A DNA stretch of 64,000 bases from Planctomycetales bacterium (lineage in GTDB: Bacteria; Planctomycetota; Phycisphaerae; SM23-33). The stretch covers positions 64,542 through 128,541 of the forward strand of contig JAUWNJ010000002.1 of the NCBI GenBank assembly GCA_030612725.1, read 5' to 3'. Shown here one piece after another: positions 38,825 through 49,217 of this stretch; within the stretch, counting starts at the first letter, position 1, and each line of letters begins with the position of its first letter. The notes beneath the pieces were generated by a model. The model saw only the letters and a program-made list of their open reading frames with translations, was not told the origin of the DNA and made no database searches. A program made the position numbers and the translations under genes.

Positions 38825-39253
38825 CTAGCCGACTCGCTCCAGCGTGAATTGCCGCGATGCCTGACCGGTCGGCTTTATCGCTATGCGCCAGTAGGGCTTG
38901 GGAAGGGCGTTTTCGGCGCGGTCGGCCCATTCAATGACGACGATACCGTCAGAGAGCATCTCGTCGAGACCCAGATTGTCCAGTTCGTCTTCAGCAGCCG
39001 GCAACCTGTAAAGGTCCACGTGATAAAGCCTGATGCGCCCGACATATTCCTGCACCAGGACGTACGTCGGAGAAGAGACCATTCGCTCATCGACTATGCC
39101 AAGTCCGACAGCCAGCCCCCGAACAAAGGCAGTCTTGCCCGAACCCAAATCGCCGACCATTGCGATGCAATCACCAATAGCAAAACGCCCAGCCAATCGC
39201 TTACCCAACGCGACGGTCTCTTCGACGCTGTTTGTCTGAAACTGCTCACTCAT
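38825..39253 (-). CDS. tsaE: t6A biosynthesis ATPase TsaE
   Basis: GDLGSGKT, VSSPTY, HVDLYRL and IEWAD. Confidence 0.96.
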   Translation of the reverse strand: MSEQFQTNSVEETVALGKRLAGRFAIGDCIAMVGDLGSGKTAFVRGLAVGLGIVDERMVSSPTYVLVQEYVGRIRLYHVDLYRLPAAEDELDNLGLDEMLSDGIVVIEWADRAENALPKPYWRIAIKPTGQASRQFTLERVG

Positions 39254-40168
39254 TTACGTTTCATGTTCCCATCCGCGTGGTTCGAGTTTTTCACGTTTTC
39301 CATCGCGGAGCAGCGTCATACCGCTGCCCGCGACAATCCCGCCAATTCGAGTTATTTTTGCTTCCAGTGGTTGATTTTCGATGAGTTCATCGGCTTCGGT
39401 TTCCGGCAGCGTGAACAGCAATTCGTAATCTTCCCCGTCGAACAATGCCGCTTCCAGCGGGTCTTTTCGCCCGGCGGCATCGTCGTGGATGGGAATGGTA
39501 ATGGTATCCAGTTCGGCAGCAACACTGCTTGCGTCAACGACATGCCCCAGATCGCCGGCCAGACCGTCGGATATGTCAATCATCGCGCTGACGGCGAATC
39601 GCCTGGCCAGTGTGCGGGCGTCGGCGATTCTGGGACTGAATTCCAGATGGCGCCGAGTGGCCCACGCGCCGCCGAGTTTTCCTGTAACGCAGATGGCGTC
39701 GCCGACCTGTGCGCCGCTGCGGAGAACCGGCTCGATACCGTCGCATTTGCCAAGGATTGTAACGCTGATTTGCAGAGGTCCCGGCGATTCGCCCCATGCC
39801 GCCAGGTCCCCGCCGACCAGCGGGCAGGCGAATTCGTCGCCGCACACTCGCAGGCCAAGGTATATCGCTTCAGCATCGGCCTGCGAAAAGCCCTTCGGCG
39901 CTGCCACAGTCGCTACCATTGCTACCGGAACGCCCGCCATTGCGGCGATGTCGGAAAGTGCGCGCACAGCCGACTTTCGACCGGCAGCTTCCGGCCCGTG
40001 CTCTACCAGCGAAAAATGCACGCCGTCGAGAACCTGGTCGGTGGTCAACAGCAGTTTCTCACCCCCGACGTTCAACACCGCGCAATCATCCCCGGGCCCG
40101 ACAGCCACGACTTCCGGGTCAAACTCGCCTTGCCGGCGTATCCACTCAATGAATTCAAATTCACGCAT
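39254..40168 (-). CDS. thiL: Thiamine-monophosphate kinase
   Basis: GDDCA, LSDIAAM, IDISDGL and GEDYELLF. Confidence 0.95.
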   Translation of the reverse strand: MREFEFIEWIRRQGEFDPEVVAVGPGDDCAVLNVGGEKLLLTTDQVLDGVHFSLVEHGPEAAGRKSAVRALSDIAAMAGVPVAMVATVAAPKGFSQADAEAIYLGLRVCGDEFACPLVGGDLAAWGESPGPLQISVTILGKCDGIEPVLRSGAQVGDAICVTGKLGGAWATRRHLEFSPRIADARTLARRFAVSAMIDISDGLAGDLGHVVDASSVAAELDTITIPIHDDAAGRKDPLEAALFDGEDYELLFTLPETEADELIENQPLEAKITRIGGIVAGSGMTLLRDGKREKLEPRGWEHET

Positions 40169-40215
40169 CTGGTTATTACGAACACTTCGCAGGGTGCCGT
40201 GGCCGCGGCACCCAA

Positions 40216-41610
40216 CTACCCCAGTTTTCTTTTCCAGAAATTCAGTTGTTTTCGCAGTTGTTTCGCCCCGGCAGCGCCTTCGGGTTTGTAGTGTTTGACT
40301 ACGTTGTCTGCGCCGAGGTGGTCGGCAACGTCCGGGCCTATGGCCTTGTCGGCAGCACGGATGACGACCTCCGGCAGGCTCGCGAGCGTGTTGCCCGTCC
40401 GGGCTGCGTTGGCGACAAGTTCGCCGACGATTCCGTGGGCAGTGCGGAACGGCACGCCTTTATTGACCAGATATTCCGCCAGGCTCGTCGCATCGAGGAA
40501 ACCGGCGTCCAGGTCGGCGGCGATTCGCCCCGGGCAGAACCGTACCGTCGAGACGACCTTCGACGCAACGACCAAGGCTGACTTCATCGTCGAAACCGTC
40601 GCAAAGGCGAAGCGTTTGTCGTCCTGCAAGTCCCGGCTATAGCCCGACGGCAGCGATTTCATCAGCGTCAGCATCCCGCACAGGTTCCCGATTGCGCCGG
40701 CTGATTTGCCTCGGATAAGTTCCAGCGTGTCGGCGTTTTTCTTCTGCGGCATCATCGAGGACGACGTGCAGACCGAATCGTCCAGTTCGATGAAGCCGAA
40801 CTCGGTGGTCGAGTAGATAATCCAGTCTTCAGCCCATCGGCTCAGATGTACGCCGACCGTAGCCAGGCAGAAGCACAGTTCCGCCAGGAAGTCGCGGCTT
40901 GATGTCGCGTCGATGCTGTTTCGCGTTATGGCTGGAAAGCCGAGTAGTTCGGCGACGCGTTTTCGCTCCAGCGGGATGGACGTACCGGCCACAGCCCCGC
41001 TTCCGAGCGGGCAGACATTGACGCGTTTTCGGCAATCGGCCAGGCGTTCCGCGTCGCGGTCGAGCATCTCGACGTACGCAAGCATCGCGTGTCCTGCCAG
41101 GATTGGCTGGGCGCGCTGAAGGTGCGTGTAGGCGGGCATGACAATCTGCCCGTATTTATCAGCCCCGGCGACGAAGGACGTTTGCAACTGCCGGATGAGG
41201 TCTCTCATGTCGTCGATGGCGTCGCGTGCCCATAGTCGCAGATCCAGAGCGATCTGGTCGTTTCGGCTCCGTCCGGTGTGGAGTTTCCGCCCCGGTTCGC
41301 CGATGCGTTTTATCAAGGCCGATTCGATGACCATGTGGATGTCTTCGAGGGCGGGGTCGAGTTTGACCTTCCCGGCTTCGATGTCCTCGGCGATTGTCGA
41401 GAGGCCTTTTTTGATGCGGGTCAATTCCCTGCCTGTGAGGATACCGATCTCGCGGAGCATCGTCGCGTGGGCGAGCGACCCGGCGATGTCGTACTTGTAC
41501 AGGCCCGCATCCACGTCGATCGACGCCAATAGTTCGCTGGTGGCCTGGTCCGCTTCGCCGCTCAGTCGGCCATGCCATGATTTGGTTGATTTTGTCGTTT
41601 TCTTTGCCAT
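40216..41610 (-). CDS. argH: Argininosuccinate lyase
   Basis: EDIHM, HTGRSRNDQ, YTHLQRAQP and SSMMPQKKN. Confidence 0.97.
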   Translation of the reverse strand: MAKKTTKSTKSWHGRLSGEADQATSELLASIDVDAGLYKYDIAGSLAHATMLREIGILTGRELTRIKKGLSTIAEDIEAGKVKLDPALEDIHMVIESALIKRIGEPGRKLHTGRSRNDQIALDLRLWARDAIDDMRDLIRQLQTSFVAGADKYGQIVMPAYTHLQRAQPILAGHAMLAYVEMLDRDAERLADCRKRVNVCPLGSGAVAGTSIPLERKRVAELLGFPAITRNSIDATSSRDFLAELCFCLATVGVHLSRWAEDWIIYSTTEFGFIELDDSVCTSSSMMPQKKNADTLELIRGKSAGAIGNLCGMLTLMKSLPSGYSRDLQDDKRFAFATVSTMKSALVVASKVVSTVRFCPGRIAADLDAGFLDATSLAEYLVNKGVPFRTAHGIVGELVANAARTGNTLASLPEVVIRAADKAIGPDVADHLGADNVVKHYKPEGAAGAKQLRKQLNFWKRKLG

Positions 41611-41747
41611 TGGATATTTCCCGCTGGAACAGTATTGTCGAAGCGCGAATGATAGCATATCCCACGTGTATCTTCCAGCCTGAAGAGAAGTTGCGAAATC
41701 GTCGCCGATGACCTATAGTATTACGCTACAAATAAGGAGCACAGACA

Positions 41748-42239
41748 ATGAGCGTGAACGAATATCAAGGCAAGTTGATCGCGCCGGCCGGTGCGAAGTT
41801 CGCCGTTATCGTCAGCCGGTTCAACGAGTTCATTACATCGAAACTGATGTCGGGTGCAATTGACGCGCTGACCCGTCACGGTGCAGGCGACAGCGACATT
41901 GACGTGGTATGGTCGCCGGGATGTTTCGAGATTCCGCTGTTATGCCGGCGTCTGGCAGAATCCGGAAAGTATGCCGGAGTGATTTGCCTGGGGGCGGTGA
42001 TTCGCGGCGGGACGGAGCATCACCGATACATCGCGTCGGAAGTTACCAAGGGAATAGCAGCCACATCTCTGGCAACCGGCCTGCCGTGCATCTTCGGCAT
42101 CCTGACCTGCGACACCATCGAGCAGGCGGTAGAGCGGGCAGGAACCAAGAGCGGAAACAAAGGCGCCGACGCAGCCATTGCCGCTATCGAAATGACTAAC
42201 CTGATGGGGCAACTGCCTGCCACGAATTCCACGAAGTAA
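41748..42239 (+). CDS. ribH: 6,7-dimethyl-8-ribityllumazine synthase
   Basis: [22 protein letters not shown] and GNKGAD. Confidence 0.97.
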   Translation: MSVNEYQGKLIAPAGAKFAVIVSRFNEFITSKLMSGAIDALTRHGAGDSDIDVVWSPGCFEIPLLCRRLAESGKYAGVICLGAVIRGGTEHHRYIASEVTKGIAATSLATGLPCIFGILTCDTIEQAVERAGTKSGNKGADAAIAAIEMTNLMGQLPATNSTK

Positions 42240-42322
42240 GTAATTCGTAATTGGTAATTCGTAATTCGTAAAAAAACCGATGCTCTGTTACCAATTACGA
42301 ATTACCAATTACGAATTACAAA
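42240..42322. repeat. Heptamer inverted element (GTAATTS / SAATTAC) between ribH and nusB
   Basis: gtaattc-gtaattg-gtaattc-gtaattc-gtaa ... ttac-caattac-gaattac-caattac-gaattac. Confidence 0.9.
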
Positions 42323-42346
42323 ATTCATGGAACGGAGTTTTTCGGA

Positions 42347-42763
42347 GTGATTGAGCACCACAAAGCAAGGCTGATGGCGATGCAGGGTCTTTGTTGCCTG
42401 GACGTTCAGGGCGATGACGGCATGGATGCAACGCTGGGATTTTTCCGCGACGGTAAGGAAAGCCTCGAAACCACCGACGAGGCGGAATGCATGATTCGCG
42501 GCGTTCTTGCCGAAAGGAACGAAATCGACGAACTCCTCAGCGGGCAAAGCCGGCACTGGAAAGTCGCTCGCATGGGGCTTCTGGAGCGAAATATCCTGCG
42601 GCTGGCTGTTTGGGAACTACTGACAACCCACACGCCGAAAAAAGTCGTCATCAACGAAGCAATTCGCCTGGCGAAGGAATTCGCCTCGGCTGAATCGTCA
42701 AAGTTCGTCAACGGCGTACTCGATGCAACAGCGGAAAGAATCACAGAGAATAGTAGTCAGTAG
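42347..42763 (+). CDS. nusB: Transcription antitermination factor NusB
   Basis: ERNILRLA...VVINEAIRLAKEF...FVNGVLD; located after ribH. Confidence 0.95.
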   Translation: MIEHHKARLMAMQGLCCLDVQGDDGMDATLGFFRDGKESLETTDEAECMIRGVLAERNEIDELLSGQSRHWKVARMGLLERNILRLAVWELLTTHTPKKVVINEAIRLAKEFASAESSKFVNGVLDATAERITENSSQ

Positions 42764-42765
42764 TA

Positions 42766-42925
42766 AAATCCGAATATCGAAATCCGAAATCCGAAACAAT
42801 ATCGAAATACGAATGGCCAAAATTAGAAACACCATTTTCAAGTTGTCGTATAGTTTGAAACATTTGAAAATTCGGATTTTGAATTTGTTTCGGATTTCGG
42901 ATTTCGGATTTCAATATTCGGATTT
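42766..42925. repeat. Empty heptamer inverted element (AAATCCG family) between nusB and ftsY
   Basis: aaatccgaatatcgaaatccgaaatccgaaacaa ... ttgtttcggatttcggatttcggatttcaatattcggattt. Confidence 0.9.
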
Positions 42926-42965
42926 AAGTACCACCTATTAAACACCACACGCGGAGCGTGAATAA

Positions 42966-43886
42966 ATGGCGTTATTCAGGAAAACAATACAGCACCTTAC
43001 CGGCGGGTTGGCGCGGACGCGGAAGAAACTTATCGGTTCGTTGCGGTCGCTGCTGGTGGGGCGAAAAATAGACGACGATCTTCTCGATGAACTTGAAGAG
43101 CAGTTAATCCTCGCCGACATCGGCGTAACCACAGCGATGAGGATACGCGAGGACCTCCAGAACGCTTACAAAGAGAAAAAACTCCAAAGCGGCGACGAGG
43201 TGATAGACTTTCTCAAGTCCGAGATGAAGCAATACTGGCCTGAGGCCGACCGGAGCATTCATTTCGCCGAAACCGGGCTGACGGTGATCCTGGTAGCCGG
43301 GGTCAACGGTACCGGAAAGACGACCTCGGTAGCCAAACTGGCGCATTTGTTCAAGTCCGAGGGTAAAAAAGTCTGTCTCGCCGCTGCCGATACGTTTCGA
43401 GCGGCGGCTGTGGAACAACTGACTATCTGGGCTGAACGCATCGGCGTCGATATAATCAAGGGTTCTCGCGGTTCCGATCCCGCTGCCGTCGCTTTCGACG
43501 CCTGCGACGCCGCCATTGCCCGCGGCGCCGACGTCCTGCTGGTCGATACTGCCGGTCGGCTTCATACGCAGGACAACCTCATGCGCGAACTGGGCAAGAT
43601 TCGCAATGTAGTCGCCCGCAAAATCTCCAACGCTCCGCACGAAGTCCTGCTGGTTCTCGACGCGACCACAGGCCAAAACGCCATCAGCCAGGCGAAAGTC
43701 TTCACCGATACGATTGACGTTACGGGTATCTTCCTGGCCAAACTTGACGGCACCGCCAGGGGGGGAATCGTCGTCGCCATTCGGGACGAACTGTCCCTGC
43801 CGGTGAAATTCGTCGGTATCGGCGAAAAATACGAAGACGTCGAACCGTTCGACCCGGAATCATTCGTCGAAGCGCTGTTTAGTTAA
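42966..43886 (+). CDS. ftsY: SRP receptor FtsY
   Basis: [23 protein letters not shown] and KLDGTARGG. Confidence 0.97.
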   Translation: MALFRKTIQHLTGGLARTRKKLIGSLRSLLVGRKIDDDLLDELEEQLILADIGVTTAMRIREDLQNAYKEKKLQSGDEVIDFLKSEMKQYWPEADRSIHFAETGLTVILVAGVNGTGKTTSVAKLAHLFKSEGKKVCLAAADTFRAAAVEQLTIWAERIGVDIIKGSRGSDPAAVAFDACDAAIARGADVLLVDTAGRLHTQDNLMRELGKIRNVVARKISNAPHEVLLVLDATTGQNAISQAKVFTDTIDVTGIFLAKLDGTARGGIVVAIRDELSLPVKFVGIGEKYEDVEPFDPESFVEALFS

Positions 43887-43891
43887 AGGAA

Positions 43892-43913
43892 GGGTGTAGG
43901 GCGTAGGGCGTAG
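43892..43913 (+). repeat. Short heptamer run (GTAGGGY)
   Basis: gggt-gtagggc-gtagggc-gtagg between ftsY and the deacetylase gene. Confidence 0.55.
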
Positions 43914-43914
43914 G

Positions 43915-44877
43915 ATGAGTAACAAAGTCGCGTTTATTTCTGATCCGGCGTATCTCGAACACCATACCGGTCTGGGGCATCCCGAATCGCCGCAACGTCT
44001 GGCGGCAATATGGGGAAAACTCGACGACGAGGGGCTTTGGGATGAACTGACACACATCGAACCGGTTCCCGCGAGCGTTGACGACTTGCTGATGGTGCAC
44101 GGGGGCGATTACATCGAACAAGTCCGGCAGGATGTCGAAGACGGGCGAACGATGCTTTCAACCGGTGATACGAATATCTGTCCGAAATCGTACGAAATCG
44201 CGATTCTGGCTGTCGGTGGGGCGATACGGGCTGTCGATACCGTTTGCAACGGCAAAGTCAATTCGGCCTTCTGTGCGGTCCGCCCGCCGGGGCATCATGC
44301 AACTGCCAACGCCGGCATGGGATTCTGCATCTTCAACAACGCTGCAATCGCCGCTCGATATGCACAGAAAAACTGCGGCATTGAGCGGGTTCTCATAGTT
44401 GATTGGGACGTCCACCACGGAAACGGGACGCAGGAGATTTTCTATGACGATCCGTCCGTTTTCTACTTCTCGACGCATCAGTTCGGTACCTATCCAATGC
44501 CGATGACAGGTTTGGGCTACGACGGTCAGAGAGGCAGCCACAGTGGCGGGGGGGCCAATATCAATTGTCCGCTCCCGATGGGGGCGGGAGATGATGAAAT
44601 CATCGCAGCCTTTACAGAGCGTCTCGTCCCAGCCATGGCGGAATTCTCGCCGGAACTGGTGATTATCTCTGCCGGTTTCGATTGCATCGCCAGCGACCCG
44701 ATCGGCGGCTTGGGTGTTACGGACGACGGTATCGCAGCCTTGACGAAAATCGTCATGGAAATCGCCGCCGCTTCAGCCAACGGGCGAATTGTCTCACTTC
44801 TGGAAGGCGGATACGACCTGTCCGGCCTGGCGTCGGCGGTGAACACGCATATACGAACGATGATGAAAGAGAGGTGA
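43915..44877 (+). CDS. Histone deacetylase-family (acetylpolyamine/lysine deacetylase) protein
   Basis: HPESPQRL, RPPGHHA, DWDVHHGNGTQ, SAGFD and LEGGY. Confidence 0.95.
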   Translation: MSNKVAFISDPAYLEHHTGLGHPESPQRLAAIWGKLDDEGLWDELTHIEPVPASVDDLLMVHGGDYIEQVRQDVEDGRTMLSTGDTNICPKSYEIAILAVGGAIRAVDTVCNGKVNSAFCAVRPPGHHATANAGMGFCIFNNAAIAARYAQKNCGIERVLIVDWDVHHGNGTQEIFYDDPSVFYFSTHQFGTYPMPMTGLGYDGQRGSHSGGGANINCPLPMGAGDDEIIAAFTERLVPAMAEFSPELVIISAGFDCIASDPIGGLGVTDDGIAALTKIVMEIAAASANGRIVSLLEGGYDLSGLASAVNTHIRTMMKER

Positions 44878-45005
44878 TGCATTATTTTTTTAATTGGCGG
44901 GAACTTTCCGGACAGTTATGTGCCAAAATACAAAAGAAGGAGTGTTTAATGCTAATTGGCTTAGTTGCTCCATAACCGTCAGGATTTTTTGAAGGAGGCA
45001 TCACC

Positions 45006-45965
45006 ATGCTCGCAAAAAAGCAAATTTCACTTGGTAGGATTTTCGGACTCGCTCTGTCGGCGGCGGTCTTGTTGGGCTCGGTGGACGCCGCGTTTGCATT
45101 CCGATTCGGCACGATGTGTGACAGCCGCGGCAACCCCGTCAATGTGGCCGTTCTCAGCCAACTTATTACCGACATGAATGCACATGACCCTGCCTTCTGC
45201 CTTTTCCCCGGCGACCTTGTTGCAGGCTTCACAAGTGACGCTGAAGAGATGGAGCGTCAATTGGGCATATGGATAGATGCAACCAGCCACTTCACGGGAA
45301 CGATGTACGTGACTCCGGGCAACCACGACATAATCAATTATGGGAATTCGGCTACATGGCGGAAGATGTTTCCGGACATGCCCCAAAACGGCCCCGATAA
45401 ACCCGATTCTCTGTTTAACGAAAAAGGCCTCACGTATTACTTTGATCATGGTAACAGCCGGTTCATCAGCATTACTTCCGACCATGAATTAATCCCGTCA
45501 GGGTGGGTCGATTGTTCGTGGCCGGATGATATCCTCAGCGAAAGCACGGGTTTCGAGCACGTATTCGTGACAACCCATCATCCATGCTCTGACCTGGGCG
45601 GAGCGTCGGGCGATTACTGGCAGACGCTCGTGAGCCACGGCGTTGATGCCGTTTTCTGTGGCCATCACCATAAATACAGCCACAGTCAGCCGAGTGGGCC
45701 GGACACGACGTGGGATGTCATTGTGGGCACGGCAGGCGCCCCGCTTTGGGGAGGGCAGAAATACGGATACCTGATTGTGGATGTTACCGGCCCCTACGTC
45801 GAGGCCAGGTTCTACGCAGATCTCGATCACGATGGTCATTACGACGATCTCAGCGACACTTTCGTCATCGCCGTTCCGGAGCCGGGCACTATGGCACTGC
45901 TGACCCTCGGCGCGGTTGGCGTCCTGTTTAAGCGGAGGCGGAAAAGGCGCACGTCCGGGCGCTGA
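45006..45965 (+). CDS. Calcineurin-like metallophosphoesterase with PEP-CTERM
   Basis: DSRG, GDLV, GNHD and GHHH motifs; VPEPGTMALLTLGAVGVLFKRRRKRR. Confidence 0.9.
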   Translation: MLAKKQISLGRIFGLALSAAVLLGSVDAAFAFRFGTMCDSRGNPVNVAVLSQLITDMNAHDPAFCLFPGDLVAGFTSDAEEMERQLGIWIDATSHFTGTMYVTPGNHDIINYGNSATWRKMFPDMPQNGPDKPDSLFNEKGLTYYFDHGNSRFISITSDHELIPSGWVDCSWPDDILSESTGFEHVFVTTHHPCSDLGGASGDYWQTLVSHGVDAVFCGHHHKYSHSQPSGPDTTWDVIVGTAGAPLWGGQKYGYLIVDVTGPYVEARFYADLDHDGHYDDLSDTFVIAVPEPGTMALLTLGAVGVLFKRRRKRRTSGR

Positions 45966-45997
45966 TGGGAACCAAAGCGGCGCACAAGGTTGCTTAG

Positions 45998-46030
45998 GAA
46001 GCCCAGTCATTCGAATGGCTGGGCTTTTTC
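45998..46030. terminator. Intrinsic terminator between convergent genes
   Basis: AAGCCCAGTCATTCGAATGGCTGGGCTT followed by a T run. Confidence 0.8.
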
Positions 46031-46455
46031 TAATCCTCGGACGGTGAAACCGCTCCGCGCGTGCGTTTGGTATCGCTCCGGCGGTGCTTGGTTTCCAGAC
46101 GGCGTTTCTTCGATGCGAGTGTCGGCTTGGTCTTTCGGCGGGGTTTGGGCTTTTTGACGGCCTTGCGGATAAGTTCAATCAATCGACCGCGTGCATCCTG
46201 GCGATTGCGTTGCTGTGTGCGGTATCGCCGGGCCTCGATAATCAATACGCCGTCGGTTGTCATCCGCCGACCTGCAAGGCGAATCAGTCGCTCGCGTACA
46301 TCGTCGGGCAGGGAGGCCGAGTTGGTTACGTCGAAGCGGAGTTGCACTGCCGTTGCGACCTTGTTGACATTCTGCCCCCCAGGCCCGGAAGCGCGAATAA
46401 ACTCCTCCCGAATCTCCCCCTCGTCAATCGAAATGGTGCGTGTTATGTGAATCAT
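46030..46455 (-). CDS. arfB: Alternative ribosome rescue peptidyl-tRNA hydrolase ArfB
   Basis: RASGPGGQNVNKV, RTQQRN and a basic C-terminal tail. Confidence 0.95.
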   Translation of the reverse strand: MIHITRTISIDEGEIREEFIRASGPGGQNVNKVATAVQLRFDVTNSASLPDDVRERLIRLAGRRMTTDGVLIIEARRYRTQQRNRQDARGRLIELIRKAVKKPKPRRKTKPTLASKKRRLETKHRRSDTKRTRGAVSPSED

Positions 46456-46504
46456 GTCTTCAATTTCTTTTCAATTGGCAATTGAAAATCGGCAATTGGC
46501 AATC

Positions 46505-47644
46505 TCATATGTTTTCTCCGTATAAAAACGCTTTTGCGAAGCGGGCGGTCATTGCTTTGTTTGTCAGGGCCATGGGTAGCATCATCTGGATTGACGTTCC
46601 GGGCGGGCGGATGTTGCCGGCGAGCGTGTCGCGCCATTGGTCCTTGAACTCGGAGAGGGTTTCCTGAAAGCGGTCGCTTTTCAGTGCCCTGCCGGCGACG
46701 TCGGCGGCCACCAGCGCGCTGCGGATGGAGGCGTCCAGCGTCGCGCCGGTCATTGCCGAGGCGAACCCCCCGGCAGTTCCGATTAGCAGCGTCCGCTTGG
46801 CGGTGTGCGTTTCCATATCGAGCGCTTCGCCGCCGGGCGGACGCCAGGCCAAAGCCGTTGACCTGGAAAGGTCCAGATTCGCATCCACCAGTTCCGCCTG
46901 CTGCAAGTCCCGGATAAACCGGACGAGTTCCTCGCCACCGTTTGATGCGGCTCCGGCGAGATAGACGATGCGAACGTGCAAAACGCTACCGGCCCGGAAA
47001 AACATTCCAAACCTCTGGCCCCCGGAAATCGCAGCCACATGCAGGGCACCCGGCGTTTTCCGGGCTGATGACGGCAGCGGAACGTCAAGCCCGCATACGG
47101 TCATCCGTTCTTTCGGAGCAGACTGCATCGATATTCCCGCCTCGGCGATTGCATCGGCCGGCGAGCCTTGGGCAATCAGCAGCACGGATGCGCGAAATTC
47201 CTTCCCGGACGGCGATTTTTCGCTCAATACAACGGCTGATTCCTGAAGGTCGATCCCGACGGGGCGTTTAAGTCCGACAATTCGCACGCCCGCCCGCCGG
47301 GCCGATGCCGCAAGAGTTTTGAGGAATTTTTCCGGTTTCAGCGTGAAGCCTATCGCGGATTTGCTGCTATGGACGGCTTGGCGCGCGAGGTCCGCCGAGT
47401 AGAAGTGCATTGACCGGAAGGCTGAATCCGTCGCGGATGTTTTAATCTTTCGCAGGAACGGGCAGGCTTTGAACGTATCGGTCGGTATCCAGTCGGTCAG
47501 GGGCGACTCGGCTTGGAATTGACTCACCCGGGCCTGCGGCGATTGAAGAAGAACCACCTCATGCCCCATTTTCGCCAGCGTGGCCGATGCGACGTATCCC
47601 GCCGCCGTCGCGCCAAGAACGGCAATGTCGTAAGTCTTCGCCAT
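46505..47644 (-). CDS. FAD-dependent oxidoreductase, geranylgeranyl-reductase-like (degenerate motifs)
   Basis: YDIAVLGATAAG (Rossmann-like) and LLIGTAGGF...TG (GDAAG-like); ATG 47644 preferred. Confidence 0.65.
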   Translation of the reverse strand: MAKTYDIAVLGATAAGYVASATLAKMGHEVVLLQSPQARVSQFQAESPLTDWIPTDTFKACPFLRKIKTSATDSAFRSMHFYSADLARQAVHSSKSAIGFTLKPEKFLKTLAASARRAGVRIVGLKRPVGIDLQESAVVLSEKSPSGKEFRASVLLIAQGSPADAIAEAGISMQSAPKERMTVCGLDVPLPSSARKTPGALHVAAISGGQRFGMFFRAGSVLHVRIVYLAGAASNGGEELVRFIRDLQQAELVDANLDLSRSTALAWRPPGGEALDMETHTAKRTLLIGTAGGFASAMTGATLDASIRSALVAADVAGRALKSDRFQETLSEFKDQWRDTLAGNIRPPGTSIQMMLPMALTNKAMTARFAKAFLYGENI

Positions 47645-47661
47645 AGCGTATCTGAAAGAAT

Positions 47662-47835
47662 GAACCACAAAGGACACAAAGGACACAAAGAAAAACTTTT
47701 TTTCCACAGCAATGCAGGCTGGGCCGACCTGTCTGCCGACAGGCAGGTAGGCCCACCTTGATCCTACTATTTTTTTATAATTCGTGCAATTCGTGGATTA
47801 AATTCGTGTAACCTGTCCCTTCGGGATTCGTGGTA
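47662..47835. repeat. Composite repeat region: 9-mer arms and a REP-like palindrome
   Basis: aaccacaaaggacacaaaggacacaaag (9-mer); cctgtctgccgacaggcagg; attcgtgca-attcgtgga-ttaaattcgtg ... tcccttcggga-ttcgtggt. Confidence 0.65.
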
Positions 47836-47854
47836 CGAAGCAGGAGATAAACCA

Positions 47855-48433
47855 ATGCAATCGGACATTCCCACACGTGAAGAGGCCTTCGCACTCCTGA
47901 AGCAGTACAACAGCAGCGAGCGTGCGATAAGGCACGCCCTGGCCGTTGAGGCTGTGATGAGATACTTCGCCCGAAAGATGGATCAGGATGAAGATGCCTG
48001 GGGCGTCGTCGGGCTGATTCACGACGTTGATTACGAGCAGTTCCCCGACCAGCATTGCCAGAAGGCCCGCGAGATTTTGAGCGAAAACGGTTGGCCCGAG
48101 GAATTAATCCGCGCGGTTGTTTCGCACGGGTGGGGGCTTTGCTCGGACGTCGAGCCGGCCAGTGATATGGAGAAGGTTCTTTACGCCGTCGATGAACTCA
48201 CCGGACTGGTCGCAGCCACTGCCCTGGTCCGCCCGTCAAAGAGCGTAATGGACCTGACAGCCAAGTCCGTAAAGAAGAAGTGGAAGAACAAATCTTTCGC
48301 CGCCGGCGTTGACCGGTCCGTTATCGACAAGGGCGCTGGGATGCTTGGTATGGAGCGGAGCGACCTGATAACCGACGTAATAATGGCAATGCGCGAAGTA
48401 GCCGAGGCAATCGGCCTGGCGGGAAATGTCTGA
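47855..48433 (+). CDS. HD/HDIG-domain metal-dependent phosphohydrolase
   Basis: IRHALAVE, GLIHDVDY, DELTGLV and FAAGVDR. Confidence 0.88.
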   Translation: MQSDIPTREEAFALLKQYNSSERAIRHALAVEAVMRYFARKMDQDEDAWGVVGLIHDVDYEQFPDQHCQKAREILSENGWPEELIRAVVSHGWGLCSDVEPASDMEKVLYAVDELTGLVAATALVRPSKSVMDLTAKSVKKKWKNKSFAAGVDRSVIDKGAGMLGMERSDLITDVIMAMREVAEAIGLAGNV

Positions 48434-49217
48434 CATACTTGAAATACCGGATCAGCCGACAATTCTTCCGCTTGATCCGATGCCGACTGCGCTACCTGAG
48501 ATTGCAGCAGCGTGGATGGAGAGGATGGGTAAGGGGGCTTTACTGGGACTGCTGATGTTGCCCCTTGGCACTTGCTTATGCCTGATTCTCGTTTTTGGGG
48601 TGATACCCGCCTATCATATGGAAGTCTTTGTTTTTCCGGTCTTTTCGGTGATTGGCGTAATCGTCTTGTGGCTAACTACCTCGCCTGAACCGGGAAATCC
48701 ATATTGGCTTATCTATTTACGCTGGGCTACCAGAGCGGGGATATTGATGGGGCTGGCTTGGCAAATCGTTCGCATAGGAGTTCTTCACTCGCCCCTGATG
48801 ACGGCGGAAGACTTTGCTGCCCCTTACGGGCTATTGATACTTGCGGGTTCGGCTGGAAGTGCTGCGGATATGTGGTATTGTTCTCGCCTTGGACGTCGGC
48901 TTGGTGATCGGATACTGCGGATTAGTTTCGGTATACTCAAGTGGATTTTTGGCTTGTTCTTCGTTTTGACGGCGTTCAGTGCGGCGTACGACTGGGAGAA
49001 ATTCTGTGGAGATCAGGCTTACTTCTTGACGCACGCCGGACAGTATTGGGCAACTGCTTATCGGACATGGACTTTTTTACTCGTCTGGACAGGTATTTAC
49101 CTTTTTCTTGGGCTTTTATTCGGCTGGTTGCAATGGCGTCTCTGGCGTCGGTTGCGAACGACGGCCAACAGTTTGCGCGAGATGGGTGAGGGCTTATCTG
49201 GGGAAAAATTGCAATGA
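48426..49217 (+). CDS. Hypothetical polytopic membrane protein
   Basis: About 6 hydrophobic segments; overlaps both neighbours, consistent with an operon. Confidence 0.65.
   Translation: MSDILEIPDQPTILPLDPMPTALPEIAAAWMERMGKGALLGLLMLPLGTCLCLILVFGVIPAYHMEVFVFPVFSVIGVIVLWLTTSPEPGNPYWLIYLRWATRAGILMGLAWQIVRIGVLHSPLMTAEDFAAPYGLLILAGSAGSAADMWYCSRLGRRLGDRILRISFGILKWIFGLFFVLTAFSAAYDWEKFCGDQAYFLTHAGQYWATAYRTWTFLLVWTGIYLFLGLLFGWLQWRLWRRLRTTANSLREMGEGLSGEKLQ

Noticed and set aside
38579..40291. 570-aa plus-strand ORF
   Set aside because: Antisense shadow of tsaE/thiL; no motifs; typical of GC-rich DNA.
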